This document shows positions 50,733-61,232 of a stretch of DNA of 64,000 nt, piece by piece. The translations under genes and the position numbers were made by a program. The stretch comes from an uncultured Candidatus Binatia bacterium. Its GTDB lineage: Bacteria > Desulfobacterota > Binatia > UBA9968 > JAJDTQ01. The stretch lies in contig OZ219754.1 in assembly GCA_964291295.2 (NCBI GenBank), positions 704,001 to 768,000 on the forward strand. The letters run 5' to 3'. The notes beneath the pieces were generated by a model that ran no database searches, was not told the origin of the DNA, and was given only the letters and a program-made list of their open reading frames with translations. The number at the start of each line of letters is the position of its first letter. The stretch's first letter is position 1.

Positions 50733-51260
50733 GTGGCCGGAGACAACGACGCCGACAGGATCAAGGCGCGGGATCTGATCAGGGAGATCAAGCGGGCGGG
50801 CATCCGGTTCGTCGTGGCGTTGCCTGACCGCACTACCAGCGAGCACATGCTGAAGACCATGCTCAACGACCCCGACTTCCAGGTGGTGCAGGTGTGCAAG
50901 GAGGACGAGGGGGTGTCCATCTGCAGCGGGCTCTACGCGGCCGGGCACCGGTCGCTGCTGCTCATGCAGTACACCGGCCTTCTGGACTCCGTCAACGCAC
51001 TCCGCGGCGTGGCCGTGCAGGGCCGGAACCCGGTCTGCATGATGGTGGGGATGCTGCAGAAGGAGCCCGGGGTCCCGCCCACCCGGTCGAAGCGTTACGG
51101 CCTGCGCATCGTCGAGCCGATCCTGGACGCCATGGGGATCGAACACCACAACATCGAAGCGCCCGGCACGGCGGACAAGGTAGTCCCCTCGGTGGAAGCG
51201 GCCTATGCGGAGTCGAGGCCCGTGGCGCTGTTGATCGGACGGGAGCCTTTCGGACCATGA
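50733..51260 (+). CDS. TPP-dependent decarboxylase alpha subunit (sulfopyruvate decarboxylase ComD-like)
   Basis: VVALPD, KEDEGVSICSG, LMQYTG; GTG after AAGGAG. Confidence 0.8.
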   Translation: MAGDNDADRIKARDLIREIKRAGIRFVVALPDRTTSEHMLKTMLNDPDFQVVQVCKEDEGVSICSGLYAAGHRSLLLMQYTGLLDSVNALRGVAVQGRNPVCMMVGMLQKEPGVPPTRSKRYGLRIVEPILDAMGIEHHNIEAPGTADKVVPSVEAAYAESRPVALLIGREPFGP

Positions 51261-51823
51261 TGAAGCGGGACGAATGCCTCAGGATTCTGGCGCGCCACAG
51301 GACCGACGAGATCGTGGTGGCGGTGTACAAGGCGGCCCAGGACTGGATCCACATCGCTCCGTCGGACCTCAACTACACCTTCACGGGCGCCATGGGACAG
51401 GGTTCGTCCCACGCCCTGGGGCTGGCCCTGGGGCGGCCCGACAAGCGCGTGGTGGTGCTGGACGGCGACGGCAGCCTGCTCATGAACCTGGGAAGCCTGG
51501 TCACCATCGCCAACGCCGCGCCGAAGAACTTCGTACACTGCGTTTGCGGGAACGGCACCTACGAGACCAACGGCGCCGTCCCCATCCCGACCCACCGCGG
51601 CTTCACCTTCACCGGCGTCGCCCGGGAGGCCGGCTATGCCAGGACCTGCACCTTCGACAACCTCGATGACTGGGACCGGAACCTGGACACCCTCCTGAAG
51701 GAGGATGGTCCCATCCTGGTGGACCTCAGGATGGAGCCGGGGGAAGACTACCCGGAGAACTTTCCCCGCCTCTACAGCACCGAGCACCGGGACCGCTTCC
51801 GCAAGGCGCTGGCGGCGTCGTGA
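51257..51823 (+). CDS. TPP-dependent decarboxylase beta subunit (ComE-like)
   Basis: GAMGQGSSHALG, GDGSLLMNLG, NGTYE; ATGA overlap. Confidence 0.85.
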   Translation: MMKRDECLRILARHRTDEIVVAVYKAAQDWIHIAPSDLNYTFTGAMGQGSSHALGLALGRPDKRVVVLDGDGSLLMNLGSLVTIANAAPKNFVHCVCGNGTYETNGAVPIPTHRGFTFTGVAREAGYARTCTFDNLDDWDRNLDTLLKEDGPILVDLRMEPGEDYPENFPRLYSTEHRDRFRKALAAS

Positions 51824-51889
51824 CGGCTTCACCCTCCCGCAGCCGTCCTTCCACCGTCTTCGTCCCGCGCTCCGTCGCCTCGCCTTCCG

Positions 51890-52903
51890 TCATACCGCGC
51901 CCGGGCCGCGAGGTCGGGGCGGTGAAGGGGATGCGTCCGGATGGATCACCTCCACCGGGGCGCCCTTGATGAACCGGATGACATTGGTGAAGGCGCTCTG
52001 GTAACGCTGGTGGAGTATCCGGTCCACGGCATAACCGCGATGCGAAGTCAGGATGACGTTGTCGAAACCGCGCAAGGGGTGGTACGGCGGCAGCGGCTCC
52101 TGGTCGTAGACATCGAGGCCGACGCCGCCCGGATGGCCCCGCTTCAGTGATTCCACCAGTGCTTCCTCGGAAAGAATCGGGCCGCGTGCCGTGTTGATGA
52201 GCAGCGCCCCGGGCTTCATGCGCCGGAGCTCCCGGCGGCCGATGAGGCCAGTGGTCTCGGCGTTGAGCCGGCAGTGGACGGAGACGACATCCGACTCGTC
52301 CAGCAACGTATCGAGGGAAACCCGCCGCGCCGCCGCCTCCGCGGCCCTCCGGTCGGTGAGGGTCTTGCCCGCGGCCAGGATGTCCATGTCGAAAGCCCGT
52401 CCGATGCGGGCCACCCGGGTGCCGATGCGGCCGAGGCCGATGACGCCCAGGGTCCGTCCCTCCAGCAGCATGCCCACCGCCGGCGGCCAGCCCCCTTCGC
52501 GCATGCCCTGGCTCACCGACGGAATCTGTCTGGCCAGCGCCGTCAGCAGGGCGAAAGTGAGTTCCACCGTGGCGGTGCCGGAATCGTTGGGCGTGCACGA
52601 CACCACGATGCCCCGTCGGGTTGCCTCCGCCAGGTCCAGGTGCGGGATGCCGCGGCCGATCTGCGAGATGAACCGCAGCGACGGCGCCAGCGCGAACTCC
52701 CGCTCACGGAACGGCGAGCGCTCGCGCATGAGCACCACCGCATGGGCGCCGCCCACCGCCGCCGACCACTCCTCGTCGCTGGCGAGCCGGTGCTCCACCA
52801 CCCTGACGTCGGCCAACTTCGCGGCTTCGCGGTAGGCCGGCACCCTGGTGCAGAATTTCTCGTAGTCGTCCAGCACCACCACGCGAATGCGGTCATCCGG
52901 CAT
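51890..52903 (-). CDS. D-2-hydroxyacid dehydrogenase family protein
   Basis: MRERSP, GLGRIG, INTARG, DVYDQEP, SHRGY. Confidence 0.9.
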   Translation of the reverse strand: MPDDRIRVVVLDDYEKFCTRVPAYREAAKLADVRVVEHRLASDEEWSAAVGGAHAVVLMRERSPFREREFALAPSLRFISQIGRGIPHLDLAEATRRGIVVSCTPNDSGTATVELTFALLTALARQIPSVSQGMREGGWPPAVGMLLEGRTLGVIGLGRIGTRVARIGRAFDMDILAAGKTLTDRRAAEAAARRVSLDTLLDESDVVSVHCRLNAETTGLIGRRELRRMKPGALLINTARGPILSEEALVESLKRGHPGGVGLDVYDQEPLPPYHPLRGFDNVILTSHRGYAVDRILHQRYQSAFTNVIRFIKGAPVEVIHPDASPSPPRPRGPGAV

Positions 52904-52932
52904 GGGGTGGAGGGAGCGCGGCAGTTTGATGC

Positions 52933-52980
52933 ATCAGGTTGTCCCTGGGATTCTTGTCCTCGGGATTCATCAGATTGTCC
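52933..52980. repeat. Nested direct repeats in a divergent intergenic region
   Basis: TTGTCCCTGGGATTC / TTGTCCTCGGGATTC (52939-52968) and ATCAGRTTGTCC x2. Confidence 0.6.
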
Positions 52981-53192
52981 ATGAACATGGAAACTCCGGT
53001 GAACATACGCCACCAAGCGGAATTTCACCAATCGGAACGTGACCCGCGCCGGGCTCCGCTTTCGGGCGGGAAACCGCCGGCCCGCCGCCGTTTTCCTCGC
53101 TCCGGTTTCCTTGCCGCGTTTTCCTCCCGCCGATATTCCCGATAAGCTCACCTGCGACTCCAGACCCGTTACCCGATCCCCGGAGGAATGCC

Positions 53193-53540
53193 ATGACCCT
53201 GTTGACCGAAGAGAGCTGCGTGGCGTGCCGGGCGGATGCCCCGGTGGTGACCGACGAGGAAGCGCGCAACCTCCAGAAGCAGACGCCGGACTGGGCCATG
53301 ATCGAGGAAGACGGCATTCCCAAGCTGGACCGGGTCTTCAGATTCGGGAACTTCGCCCGGGCGCTGGCCTTCACCACCGCGGTGGGCGACCTCGCCGAGG
53401 CCCAGGGCCATCACCCCAGGATCGTCACCGAATGGGGCCGCGTCCGCGTCACCTGGTGGACCCACAAGATCCGCAACCTCCACCGCAATGACTTCATCAT
53501 GGCGGCCAGTACCGACCGGGTCTACGGCGAGAACGGATGA
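53193..53540 (+). CDS. phhB: Pterin-4-alpha-carbinolamine dehydratase
   Basis: [22 protein letters not shown]. Confidence 0.9.
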   Translation: MTLLTEESCVACRADAPVVTDEEARNLQKQTPDWAMIEEDGIPKLDRVFRFGNFARALAFTTAVGDLAEAQGHHPRIVTEWGRVRVTWWTHKIRNLHRNDFIMAASTDRVYGENG

Positions 53541-53620
53541 CCCACCCCATCGTGATTGACACGCGGCAACGTCTGCCGTATTCACGTGGCTGACAACACC
53601 TGTCCTGGAGGTATGCCGCC

Positions 53621-54634
53621 ATGGCCGACTATCCCGTGCTGGATTCCGACTCGCACATCCGTGAAACCGCCGGCGACTACCGCTCGCGCATACCGGAGAA
53701 GTTCCGGCGCATCCGCCAGGGGCTGTTTCCCAGCGACACTTGGGACCGCTTCCTGGGGCGCATGGGCAAGCAGACCATCGGCACCGACGGCTACGTGGAG
53801 GATATGGACGTCGAGGGCATCCAGCTCACCGTAACCTATCCGACCATGGGGCTGAATCTGAGCCTCGTGCCCCAGAGCGACCTCCAGCAGGCGCTGGCGC
53901 GGGCATGGAACGATTACATCGGCGAGATACAGCAGCAGCACCCGCGCATGAAGGGGGTCGCCACCGTATCGTTGAGGGACATCCCCGGGGCCGTGGAGGA
54001 GCTCAACCGCGCCGTCAACAAGTGGCACCACCCGGGCGTGATGATCCACACCCACGGCCACAGGAAGAACCTCGGCGCCGAAGAGTTCTGGCCCATCTAC
54101 GCCGAGGCCGAGCGACTGGGCATACCCGTCTGCTTTCACGGCAACTCCTGGGGCGCCGAGGGACAGGACCGCTGGGAGGAATTTCTCCAGGCCCACACGG
54201 TGAGCTTTTCCTTCGAGATCATGCAGGCCTTCCTCGGCATCGTCACCTGCGGCGTGCTGGAGCGCCACCCCCGCCTGAAGGTGGGGTTCTTCGAGGCCGG
54301 GTGCGGCTGGCTCCCCTACTGGCTCGACCGCATCGACGAGCACTACGAACGGCGCAGCGAGGAAGCGCCGCTGCTCAAGGGGAAACCCAGCGAGTACGTC
54401 AAGGACGGCCGGGTGTACGTGAGCTTCGATCCGGATGACGCCATGCTGCCCTACTGCATGGAGCGCTACGGCGACGACATGTGGCTGTTCGCCGCCGACT
54501 ACCCCCACTGGGACACCATCTGGCCCAACGCCACCAGGGAAGTCCGTGAACGGACCGACATTTCCGAAGAGCAGAAACGGAAGGTCTTTTTCGACAACGC
54601 CAACCGTTTCTACGCGCTGGGCCTTGAGGCATGA
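53621..54634 (+). CDS. Amidohydrolase_2 family protein
   Basis: DSDSH, YPT, FHG, EAGCGW, ADYPHWD. Confidence 0.9.
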   Translation: MADYPVLDSDSHIRETAGDYRSRIPEKFRRIRQGLFPSDTWDRFLGRMGKQTIGTDGYVEDMDVEGIQLTVTYPTMGLNLSLVPQSDLQQALARAWNDYIGEIQQQHPRMKGVATVSLRDIPGAVEELNRAVNKWHHPGVMIHTHGHRKNLGAEEFWPIYAEAERLGIPVCFHGNSWGAEGQDRWEEFLQAHTVSFSFEIMQAFLGIVTCGVLERHPRLKVGFFEAGCGWLPYWLDRIDEHYERRSEEAPLLKGKPSEYVKDGRVYVSFDPDDAMLPYCMERYGDDMWLFAADYPHWDTIWPNATREVRERTDISEEQKRKVFFDNANRFYALGLEA

Positions 54635-54689
54635 CGGCGCCGGAAGCCGGCCAGGGACCCTGCCCGGACACGCCACCAGGAACACCACC

Positions 54690-55148
54690 ATGAACGCCAC
54701 CACGACGAAATGGCTCGCAGCCGCCCTGCTCCTGCTGCTGGGCGGCTGCGCCACCGCCCGGGGACCGGCCTTCGACGGCTGGCGGAAGCCGGGGGCGGGT
54801 GCCGGCGTCGTCTACCTGTATCGACCGTGGTCCTTCGTGGGCAGTCTTCTTCCGGTGCGGGTCTATGTGGACGGCGAGCGGCGGGCGGATCTGGAAAACG
54901 GCGGCCACCAGGCTCACGAACTGCCCCCGGGCGTGCACACCATCGTCACGGAAATGGGCGGCCTCCCGATCACGACCGACAGGATCAGCCTTGACCTCAA
55001 GGTCGAGACGGGCTCGATCCTCTACGCGCGGTTCAAGGCCAACAGGAGGGACACCGGGAGCGGCACCCCGGTGCGCCTCGCCGAGCTTACGGTGGTGAAC
55101 CGGGAAACCGCCCGCCGCGAGATCCCGGACACCCGGGGCTCCATGTAG
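54690..55148 (+). CDS. DUF2846-like lipoprotein
   Basis: Lipobox LGG-C, VVYLYRP, VYVDG, LPPGVH. Confidence 0.75.
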   Translation: MNATTTKWLAAALLLLLGGCATARGPAFDGWRKPGAGAGVVYLYRPWSFVGSLLPVRVYVDGERRADLENGGHQAHELPPGVHTIVTEMGGLPITTDRISLDLKVETGSILYARFKANRRDTGSGTPVRLAELTVVNRETARREIPDTRGSM

Positions 55149-55202
55149 AAGCCGCCGGCGGCCACCTCGGCGCCACGGGACCGCGTCACGCCCGGGCGCC
55201 GC

Positions 55203-56636
55203 TCACGGGCCCAACTCATCGGCCACGGCCTGCTCCACCACCGTTCCCTTGAAGAAATCCGGGTTGTTGCGGGTGTGCAGGCGGGCGGCGTTGGTGAAGG
55301 TGAACTCCCGGAAATCCTGCTCCGTCACGAAACCCTTCTCCACCATTTCATGGGCTTCCGGCAGCACGTCCCTGAAGTCGGGCACGTCGAAATGGGTGAA
55401 GTCGGAACTGAACACCGGCTGAAGCCGCACGCCCATGCGGGAGTCGAAGGCCCACATGGTGGCGCGGTCATCCGCCTCGCAGCCGAAGAAGAAGCTGCCC
55501 GAGAACACGGCCCGGACGTCGTCCTCCGAGTCGATGCCCGCGGCCTCGAAATCGTCCACCACGTGCTCGGGTTTCGCCAGCTCCGCAAGGCTGCAGTCGG
55601 GCCGGAAGGCGTCGAGGTTGTCCATGACGGCGCCGGCGTTGGCCTTGAGCCGCTCATCGCCGTAGCGCTCGATGAGCCGCTTCAGTTCCGCGACGTTCGT
55701 CGTGTCCGGATACTGCAGCCCGGCGCGCCGGCGCTTCTCCCAGTGCTCGATCAGATCGAAGCACATCTGGCAGGCCCAGCTTATGCCGCCCTCCATGAAC
55801 CCGAAGTTGAGGCTCGGATAGCGCCGCACCAGGCCGCCCAGAAAGACGCCCCGGGCGAAGGCGTGGTTCGATTCGGCGAAGTGGCCGACGTGGTTGTAGG
55901 TGAAGTTGGTGATGGAGGCGCGGTCCGGCCAGCGGCCGCTGCCCGAGTGCTGGGTCACGGCTACCCCCAGCTCGACGCACCGCTGCCAGACGGGCTCGTA
56001 GTCATGTGGACTGTCCAGGGCGATATTGTCGCAGTACCAGGCGGCCTTGCGCGGGTCGATGCCCTCGGCCGCGGCCGGTATCGTCCGCTCCTGGTTGCCC
56101 CGCAGCATGATGGCCCGGTAACCGCGCCGCACCACCGCGTACTCCAGCTCCTCCAGGGCTTCCCCTGGGTCGTGCGCGGGGATGATGGCCACCGGCGCGA
56201 ACCGCGCGGCATACGGCCCGAACATGTCGGCCGTCATCATGTTGTAGGCCCGGACTCCGGCCCGGTGCAGGTCGTCGTCCTGGATGCCGTTGACGCTCAG
56301 CCCGAAGCTCGGATAGATCATCGCGAAGTCAATGCCCAGCTCCGGCAGCCGCTCGTTCAGCAGGGCGGGCAGGAGTCCGGTGGCTTTGTCCCGCGTGTCC
56401 GCGGTCACGCCCCACCAGATGGTGCGACGCATGCGGTGGTGCCGGCGTTCCGCCGCGGTGGCCCGGTACCAGCTCTGGTTTCGCTGCCACAGGGCGCGGA
56501 TCTGGTCCACCGCTGCCGCACCGCCCACCTCGCCCAGGTATTCGAGAAAGACCGGAACCGGCTCTATCCAGTGGCCGTCGCCGTCGATCACCGGGTGCTT
56601 GAGCCCGTCATGAATCTCTGCCGCTCGGTTTCCCAT
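55203..56636 (-). CDS. Amidohydrolase_2 family protein (long subtype)
   Basis: IDGDGHWIE, IYPS, FMEGG, GCEADD, SSDFTHFD. Confidence 0.88.
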   Translation of the reverse strand: MGNRAAEIHDGLKHPVIDGDGHWIEPVPVFLEYLGEVGGAAAVDQIRALWQRNQSWYRATAAERRHHRMRRTIWWGVTADTRDKATGLLPALLNERLPELGIDFAMIYPSFGLSVNGIQDDDLHRAGVRAYNMMTADMFGPYAARFAPVAIIPAHDPGEALEELEYAVVRRGYRAIMLRGNQERTIPAAAEGIDPRKAAWYCDNIALDSPHDYEPVWQRCVELGVAVTQHSGSGRWPDRASITNFTYNHVGHFAESNHAFARGVFLGGLVRRYPSLNFGFMEGGISWACQMCFDLIEHWEKRRRAGLQYPDTTNVAELKRLIERYGDERLKANAGAVMDNLDAFRPDCSLAELAKPEHVVDDFEAAGIDSEDDVRAVFSGSFFFGCEADDRATMWAFDSRMGVRLQPVFSSDFTHFDVPDFRDVLPEAHEMVEKGFVTEQDFREFTFTNAARLHTRNNPDFFKGTVVEQAVADELGP

Positions 56637-56734
56637 GGTCACCGCTCCTTCCGCAGATGTGTACGGGTCGGCCCCGTCCTCCGGTCCAACCCCCTCGACC
56701 CATGGCACAGCCGCGTCCGGGGAAGGCCTCGGGC

Positions 56735-57901
56735 TCAGTCTGCCGGCTCTTCCCCGGACGCGGCAAACGCCCTTTCCAGCGCAGGTCGGACCAGCTCCGC
56801 CTGCCAGCGCAACAGCCCGGCGCCCTCCATGACTTCGTCCGGAGTCCGGCAACGCTGTTGGACAATGGCCTCCAGTGCCGCCCGGGGCGCCAGCGTCGAC
56901 GGGGCGATCTCCAGTTGTCCGGCAATCCTGGCGCACTCGCCGCGCAGCGCGTCGAACTCCCGCGGGTCCACGGGAAGCGGTTTCACGCCCGCGGTCCCGC
57001 GGCGCGGCGGCCACTCCGCCGGAGTCAACGAAGCCGCCCTGGCAATGGCCCGCTCGAGGGTCCGCCGCCACGAGCCCACGAAGTTGCGGGGCAGCTTCGG
57101 ACCCTTGTCCAGGGACTCGTCCGGATGCTCCTCCGTCCACTGCGCCAGTTCCAGCAGTTGCCGATTGCCAAGGACCTTGAAGGCCGGTCGGTCGGAGTGC
57201 CGTGCGCGCATGTCGCGCCAGGCCCAGAGCTCCCGAAGGTAGGCCAGTTGCCGGTGCGTCAGACGGCCGGCTCCCTTGATGCGCCAGGCGTCGTCCGGTT
57301 CGTCCGGGCGGTCCCGCCCGGCGGCCTCCACCATGGCCCGGCAGCTTTCCCGGTGCCATTCCACCCGGCCGCGCTCGCGCAGTTCGCCGTGCAGGCACGC
57401 CGCCAGCGCCTCCAGATAGCGGGTGTCGTTGACCGCGTAGCGCAACTGCTTTTCACTGAGGGGCCGGCGCGACCAGTCCGACTTCTGCGAGTCCTTGGTC
57501 ATGGCGATGTCGAAGAACCTCGCCACCAGCGCCGCCAGGCCGATCTGCTCGATGCCCAGCAACATGGCGGCGATCATGGTGTCGAAGACCTCGCCCCCCG
57601 CCCTGAAGCCCTTCCACGCCCGCAGCATGCGCAGATCGTAGTGGCCACCGTGCACGATCAGTCGCTTCCCGGCCAAGGCCTCCACAAGGCCGTCGAAGTC
57701 CAGCCCGGAAAAGGGATCGACGACGAAATGCTCCTCGCCGACGGAAAGCTGGATCAGGCAGACCTTCTCGAAGTAGCTGTGGAGGCTGTCGGCCTCCATG
57801 TCCAGCGCCACCGATGGCGCCTCCCGAATGCTCCGGATCAAGCTGTCCAGGGTAGCGGCGTTGCAGACGTAGATGTAGGTGTCGGGATACGGATTGCCCA
57901 A
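56735..57901 (-). CDS. rnd: Ribonuclease D (DEDDy exonuclease + HRDC)
   Basis: LDMEADS, CLIQL, FDTMIAA, SDWSRRPL, YAVND; start codon uncertain. Confidence 0.88.
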   Translation of the reverse strand: MGNPYPDTYIYVCNAATLDSLIRSIREAPSVALDMEADSLHSYFEKVCLIQLSVGEEHFVVDPFSGLDFDGLVEALAGKRLIVHGGHYDLRMLRAWKGFRAGGEVFDTMIAAMLLGIEQIGLAALVARFFDIAMTKDSQKSDWSRRPLSEKQLRYAVNDTRYLEALAACLHGELRERGRVEWHRESCRAMVEAAGRDRPDEPDDAWRIKGAGRLTHRQLAYLRELWAWRDMRARHSDRPAFKVLGNRQLLELAQWTEEHPDESLDKGPKLPRNFVGSWRRTLERAIARAASLTPAEWPPRRGTAGVKPLPVDPREFDALRGECARIAGQLEIAPSTLAPRAALEAIVQQRCRTPDEVMEGAGLLRWQAELVRPALERAFAASGEEPAD

Positions 57902-58037
57902 GGACTCGATGTCTCCCCTCAAGCCTCCAGAGTGAACGCTCGAACAAAGGAACTCAAAGCCATGGTAACACCCAACCGCCCCCTTGCCGAACGGCAGCTT
58001 CGCCGTACTCACCGACCGCCCGGCGCGCGCCGGCCAT

Positions 58038-58556
58038 TCACCGGAACAGGTTCAGAATCGGGTCCGTCAGGTAGGAGTCGAAGGAGTAGAGGCCGAGAGA
58101 GTGGGCGATGCGGCCGGGGGGCAGCGGGAACGACAGGGCCTCCTCCAGGCCGCCCTTGAAGAAGAGGTACACGCCCAGACCGTAAAGGAGGCTGGTGCGC
58201 CAGAGTTCGCGGGCCTGAAAGCGGAGGAAGAGCACCGGCATGACCAGCCCGCCGACCTTGAAACCCAGGAGCCAAAGGCCCACGGCGAAGGCCACGGCCC
58301 AGAAGGAGATCTCCAGCGTGCGGCGGCGCACCACGGCCGGATCAAGAGGGGCTGCGGCCTCCACCGCCGGCTCCGGCGACCGCAGTCCGAGCCAGAGGCT
58401 GCAGGCCAGGTGCACCCCCGCCATGACCAGCACCGGATAGCCGACGGCCAGGGGAAAGAACCGCGTGCGGGCCGGCCAGTCCTGCGCCTCCCACACGGCC
58501 CACAGGAGCAGCGCCACCAGCAACACGCCGATCACGATGTCAGTGCGGTTCCGCAC
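58038..58556 (-). CDS. tctB: Tripartite tricarboxylate transporter small permease TctB
   Basis: Small multi-TM protein downstream of tctA; FFP and LSFPLPPG motifs. Confidence 0.82.
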   Translation of the reverse strand: MRNRTDIVIGVLLVALLLWAVWEAQDWPARTRFFPLAVGYPVLVMAGVHLACSLWLGLRSPEPAVEAAAPLDPAVVRRRTLEISFWAVAFAVGLWLLGFKVGGLVMPVLFLRFQARELWRTSLLYGLGVYLFFKGGLEEALSFPLPPGRIAHSLGLYSFDSYLTDPILNLFR

Positions 58557-60045
58557 CCGGCCCCTCCTCCGGCCTGGAGCGCTTCGCCATCCAGTCCTGC
58601 AACCCCGGCAGGAAGATCACCACGAGGGCGATCCCGAAAGTCACCATGACGATGGGGCGCAGCAGGAACCCGAGTCCGTAGATCTCGTAGGAGATGAACA
58701 GGTTCCGCTCCACCAGGGGACCGAGCACCAGCCCCAGCACCAGCGGCGGCCGCGGCCAGCCATGGTTCACCATGACCACGCCGGCGACCCCGAACACCAG
58801 GGTGGTGGTCATGGCGAACCAGGAATTGGTGTTGGCGAAGCCCGCCAGGTAGATCAACATGAACAGCGCGGGAATCAGCAGCGACCCGCGGATCCGGGTG
58901 ATCTTCGCCAACTGGTTCAGGAACAGCAGGCAGAACGCCACCGTGACGATGTTCGAGATGACGATCAGCCAGACGAACGAGAAGGTCAGGGACAGGTGCT
59001 CGGTCAACATCTTGGGCCCGGGTTGCAGCCCCTGGATGATGAAGGCGCCCAGCAGGATGGCGGTGGTGGCGCTGCCGGGCACGCCGAAGGCCACGGTGGG
59101 GATCATGGCCGCGCCGATGCCCGAGTTGTTGGCCGCACCCGGTCCCAGGACGCCGCGAACGTCGCCCTTGCCGAAGCCGCTGCGATCCCTGGTGCTCTGC
59201 ACCGCGTGGGCGTAGGACACCCACTGGGACAACGCCGCGCTCACCCCCGGCACCAGACCGAAGAAGGTGCCGATCATGCTGCAGCGGACGGTGATGCCGA
59301 TATGGGTGAAGGTGTCCCGGACCCCCTGCCAGACGCCGCCCAGCTTGCCGACCCTGGCCTCGGCGATGCTGGACCCCTTGACCCACAACTCGACGATCTC
59401 CGGCACCGCGAACAACCCCACGGCCGCGGCGATGAGGCCGAGTCCTTCCCAGAGGTTCACCAGGCCGAAGGTATAGCGCTCGATGTTCTCCTGGTAGTCC
59501 AGACCGACGGTGGAAAGCACCAGCCCCAGTCCCCCGGCCAGCACGCCCTTGAGCTTGTTGTCGCCGCTCAGCGCTGCCAGGAAGCAGATCCCGAGGATCG
59601 CCAGGGAGAAGAACTCCGGCGACTTGAAAGACAGCACCAGCGGCGTGACGATGGGAATGGCGGCGGCCAGGGAGAACGCGCCGACGATGGCGCCCACCAG
59701 GGAACTCATGAGCGCCGCCCCCAGTGCGCGGCCGGCCTGACCCTGTTTCGCCATGGGATGGCCGTCGATGATGGTGGCGGTGGACACCACCTCCCCGGGC
59801 ACGCCGAACAGGATCGAGGTGATGTCGCCGGTGGTGCCGGTGACCGCGTACATCCCGAGCAGGAAGGCGAACGCCTGCACCGGGTCCATGCTGAAGATGA
59901 ACGGCAGCATGAGGGCCACCGCGCCCGGACTGCCGATGCCCGGCAGGATCCCGACGATGAACCCCAGGACGATGCCGATGGACATCAGCAGGAATGTGGT
60001 CTGATCGAATACCTGGATGAGACCTGCGACAAAGGCGTCCAACAT
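58540..60045 (-). CDS. tctA: Tripartite tricarboxylate transporter large permease TctA
   Basis: VGILPGIG, ILFGVPG, DGHPMA, AANNS, FGVPGS, GLQPGP. Confidence 0.93.
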   Translation of the reverse strand: MLDAFVAGLIQVFDQTTFLLMSIGIVLGFIVGILPGIGSPGAVALMLPFIFSMDPVQAFAFLLGMYAVTGTTGDITSILFGVPGEVVSTATIIDGHPMAKQGQAGRALGAALMSSLVGAIVGAFSLAAAIPIVTPLVLSFKSPEFFSLAILGICFLAALSGDNKLKGVLAGGLGLVLSTVGLDYQENIERYTFGLVNLWEGLGLIAAAVGLFAVPEIVELWVKGSSIAEARVGKLGGVWQGVRDTFTHIGITVRCSMIGTFFGLVPGVSAALSQWVSYAHAVQSTRDRSGFGKGDVRGVLGPGAANNSGIGAAMIPTVAFGVPGSATTAILLGAFIIQGLQPGPKMLTEHLSLTFSFVWLIVISNIVTVAFCLLFLNQLAKITRIRGSLLIPALFMLIYLAGFANTNSWFAMTTTLVFGVAGVVMVNHGWPRPPLVLGLVLGPLVERNLFISYEIYGLGFLLRPIVMVTFGIALVVIFLPGLQDWMAKRSRPEEGPGAEPH

Positions 60046-60185
60046 GCGGTCACGGGAAAGGTCGGGTTCGAGTCCTCAGGCCCGAATGCCGGTGTTGCGG
60101 CACCGGTTCGCCCCCGCCCGGCGGCGGGCGCGAACCGGTGCCCGGTACCTCTCGCTCACATCGATCCGGCACACGCCGCCGGTCT

Positions 60186-61232
60186 TCAGCCCTTGGCGAT
60201 GAGCGCCTTGATCCTGTCCATGATGGGCGCGGGAGTGTTGAGCAGCTGTCCGACGATTTCGGCCACGTTGTCGCCCCGCCGGGGCTGCAGGTCGCGTTTC
60301 TGCTTCTCGGCCAGCGCCCTGACCTGCGGATCGTTGTACGCCTTGGCGAACGCATCGCGCATGGCCTCGACACGCTCCGCCGGCACTCCGGGCGGGAGCG
60401 TGTGGACGATGCTGATCTGGTTGGTGGCGTTCATCGCCCTCAGCATGGCCAGCTCATCCTCGCTCTTGCCCTGCTCCCGGGCCAGCGCCTCGGCCGCCGG
60501 CACGCCCTGCAGCAGGCGGTGGTCTTCCTTCCGGTCGCCGGCGATGATCAGGACCCGGCAGCACTTCGCGGCGCCCTCGAACATGGCGATCTCGGTGCTC
60601 TTCATGGTCTGGAAGGTCGTGCAGAAGCCATTGACCTCGCCGTTCTTCACCGCCAGACGCTGCGCGCCGCCGCTGGGGAAACCGGTGACGGCCTTGAAGT
60701 TGCTGCCGAAGACCGCGTTGAAGATGATCGGCTCAAGGTGGGAGAGGCCGCCCGTGTCGAAGCTCGACACGATGAGCTGCTTCCGGGTCTTCACCGCGTC
60801 GGCGAAGCTCGTCACGCCGGCGTCCGTCCGCACCGCGCAGGCCGAGTTGGCCCGGAACGCGCTCGCGACCCAATTGAAATCCCTGCCATCGAACTGGATC
60901 CCCGGCACGCCGCGGGCCTGCTTCAACACCAGGCTGCTGCTGATGGCCGCCATCACGGTGCCGTCCCTGCGTTCGTTGTTGAACACCGTGTTGGCCGCCA
61001 GCATGCTGCCGCCGCCCGACTTGTTCTGGACCACGATCCGCGGCCCCCCGGGAATGTACTTGTGCAGAACCGGCGCGATGAGCCGGGTGGTGAGGTCGGT
61101 GGTGCCGCCCGGACCATAACCCACGACGATACGGATGGTCTTGCCCTTGTAGAAATCCGCCACCGCGTCGCCCCACGCGGGGCTCGCCAGGAGCAGCAAG
61201 CCTGCCATCGGAATGAGCATTCGACTGAACAT
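60186..61232 (-). CDS. tctC: Tripartite tricarboxylate transporter receptor TctC/Bug
   Basis: Signal peptide, DFYKGKTIRIVVGYGPGGTTD, LPPGVPAER. Confidence 0.9.
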   Translation of the reverse strand: MFSRMLIPMAGLLLLASPAWGDAVADFYKGKTIRIVVGYGPGGTTDLTTRLIAPVLHKYIPGGPRIVVQNKSGGGSMLAANTVFNNERRDGTVMAAISSSLVLKQARGVPGIQFDGRDFNWVASAFRANSACAVRTDAGVTSFADAVKTRKQLIVSSFDTGGLSHLEPIIFNAVFGSNFKAVTGFPSGGAQRLAVKNGEVNGFCTTFQTMKSTEIAMFEGAAKCCRVLIIAGDRKEDHRLLQGVPAAEALAREQGKSEDELAMLRAMNATNQISIVHTLPPGVPAERVEAMRDAFAKAYNDPQVRALAEKQKRDLQPRRGDNVAEIVGQLLNTPAPIMDRIKALIAKG

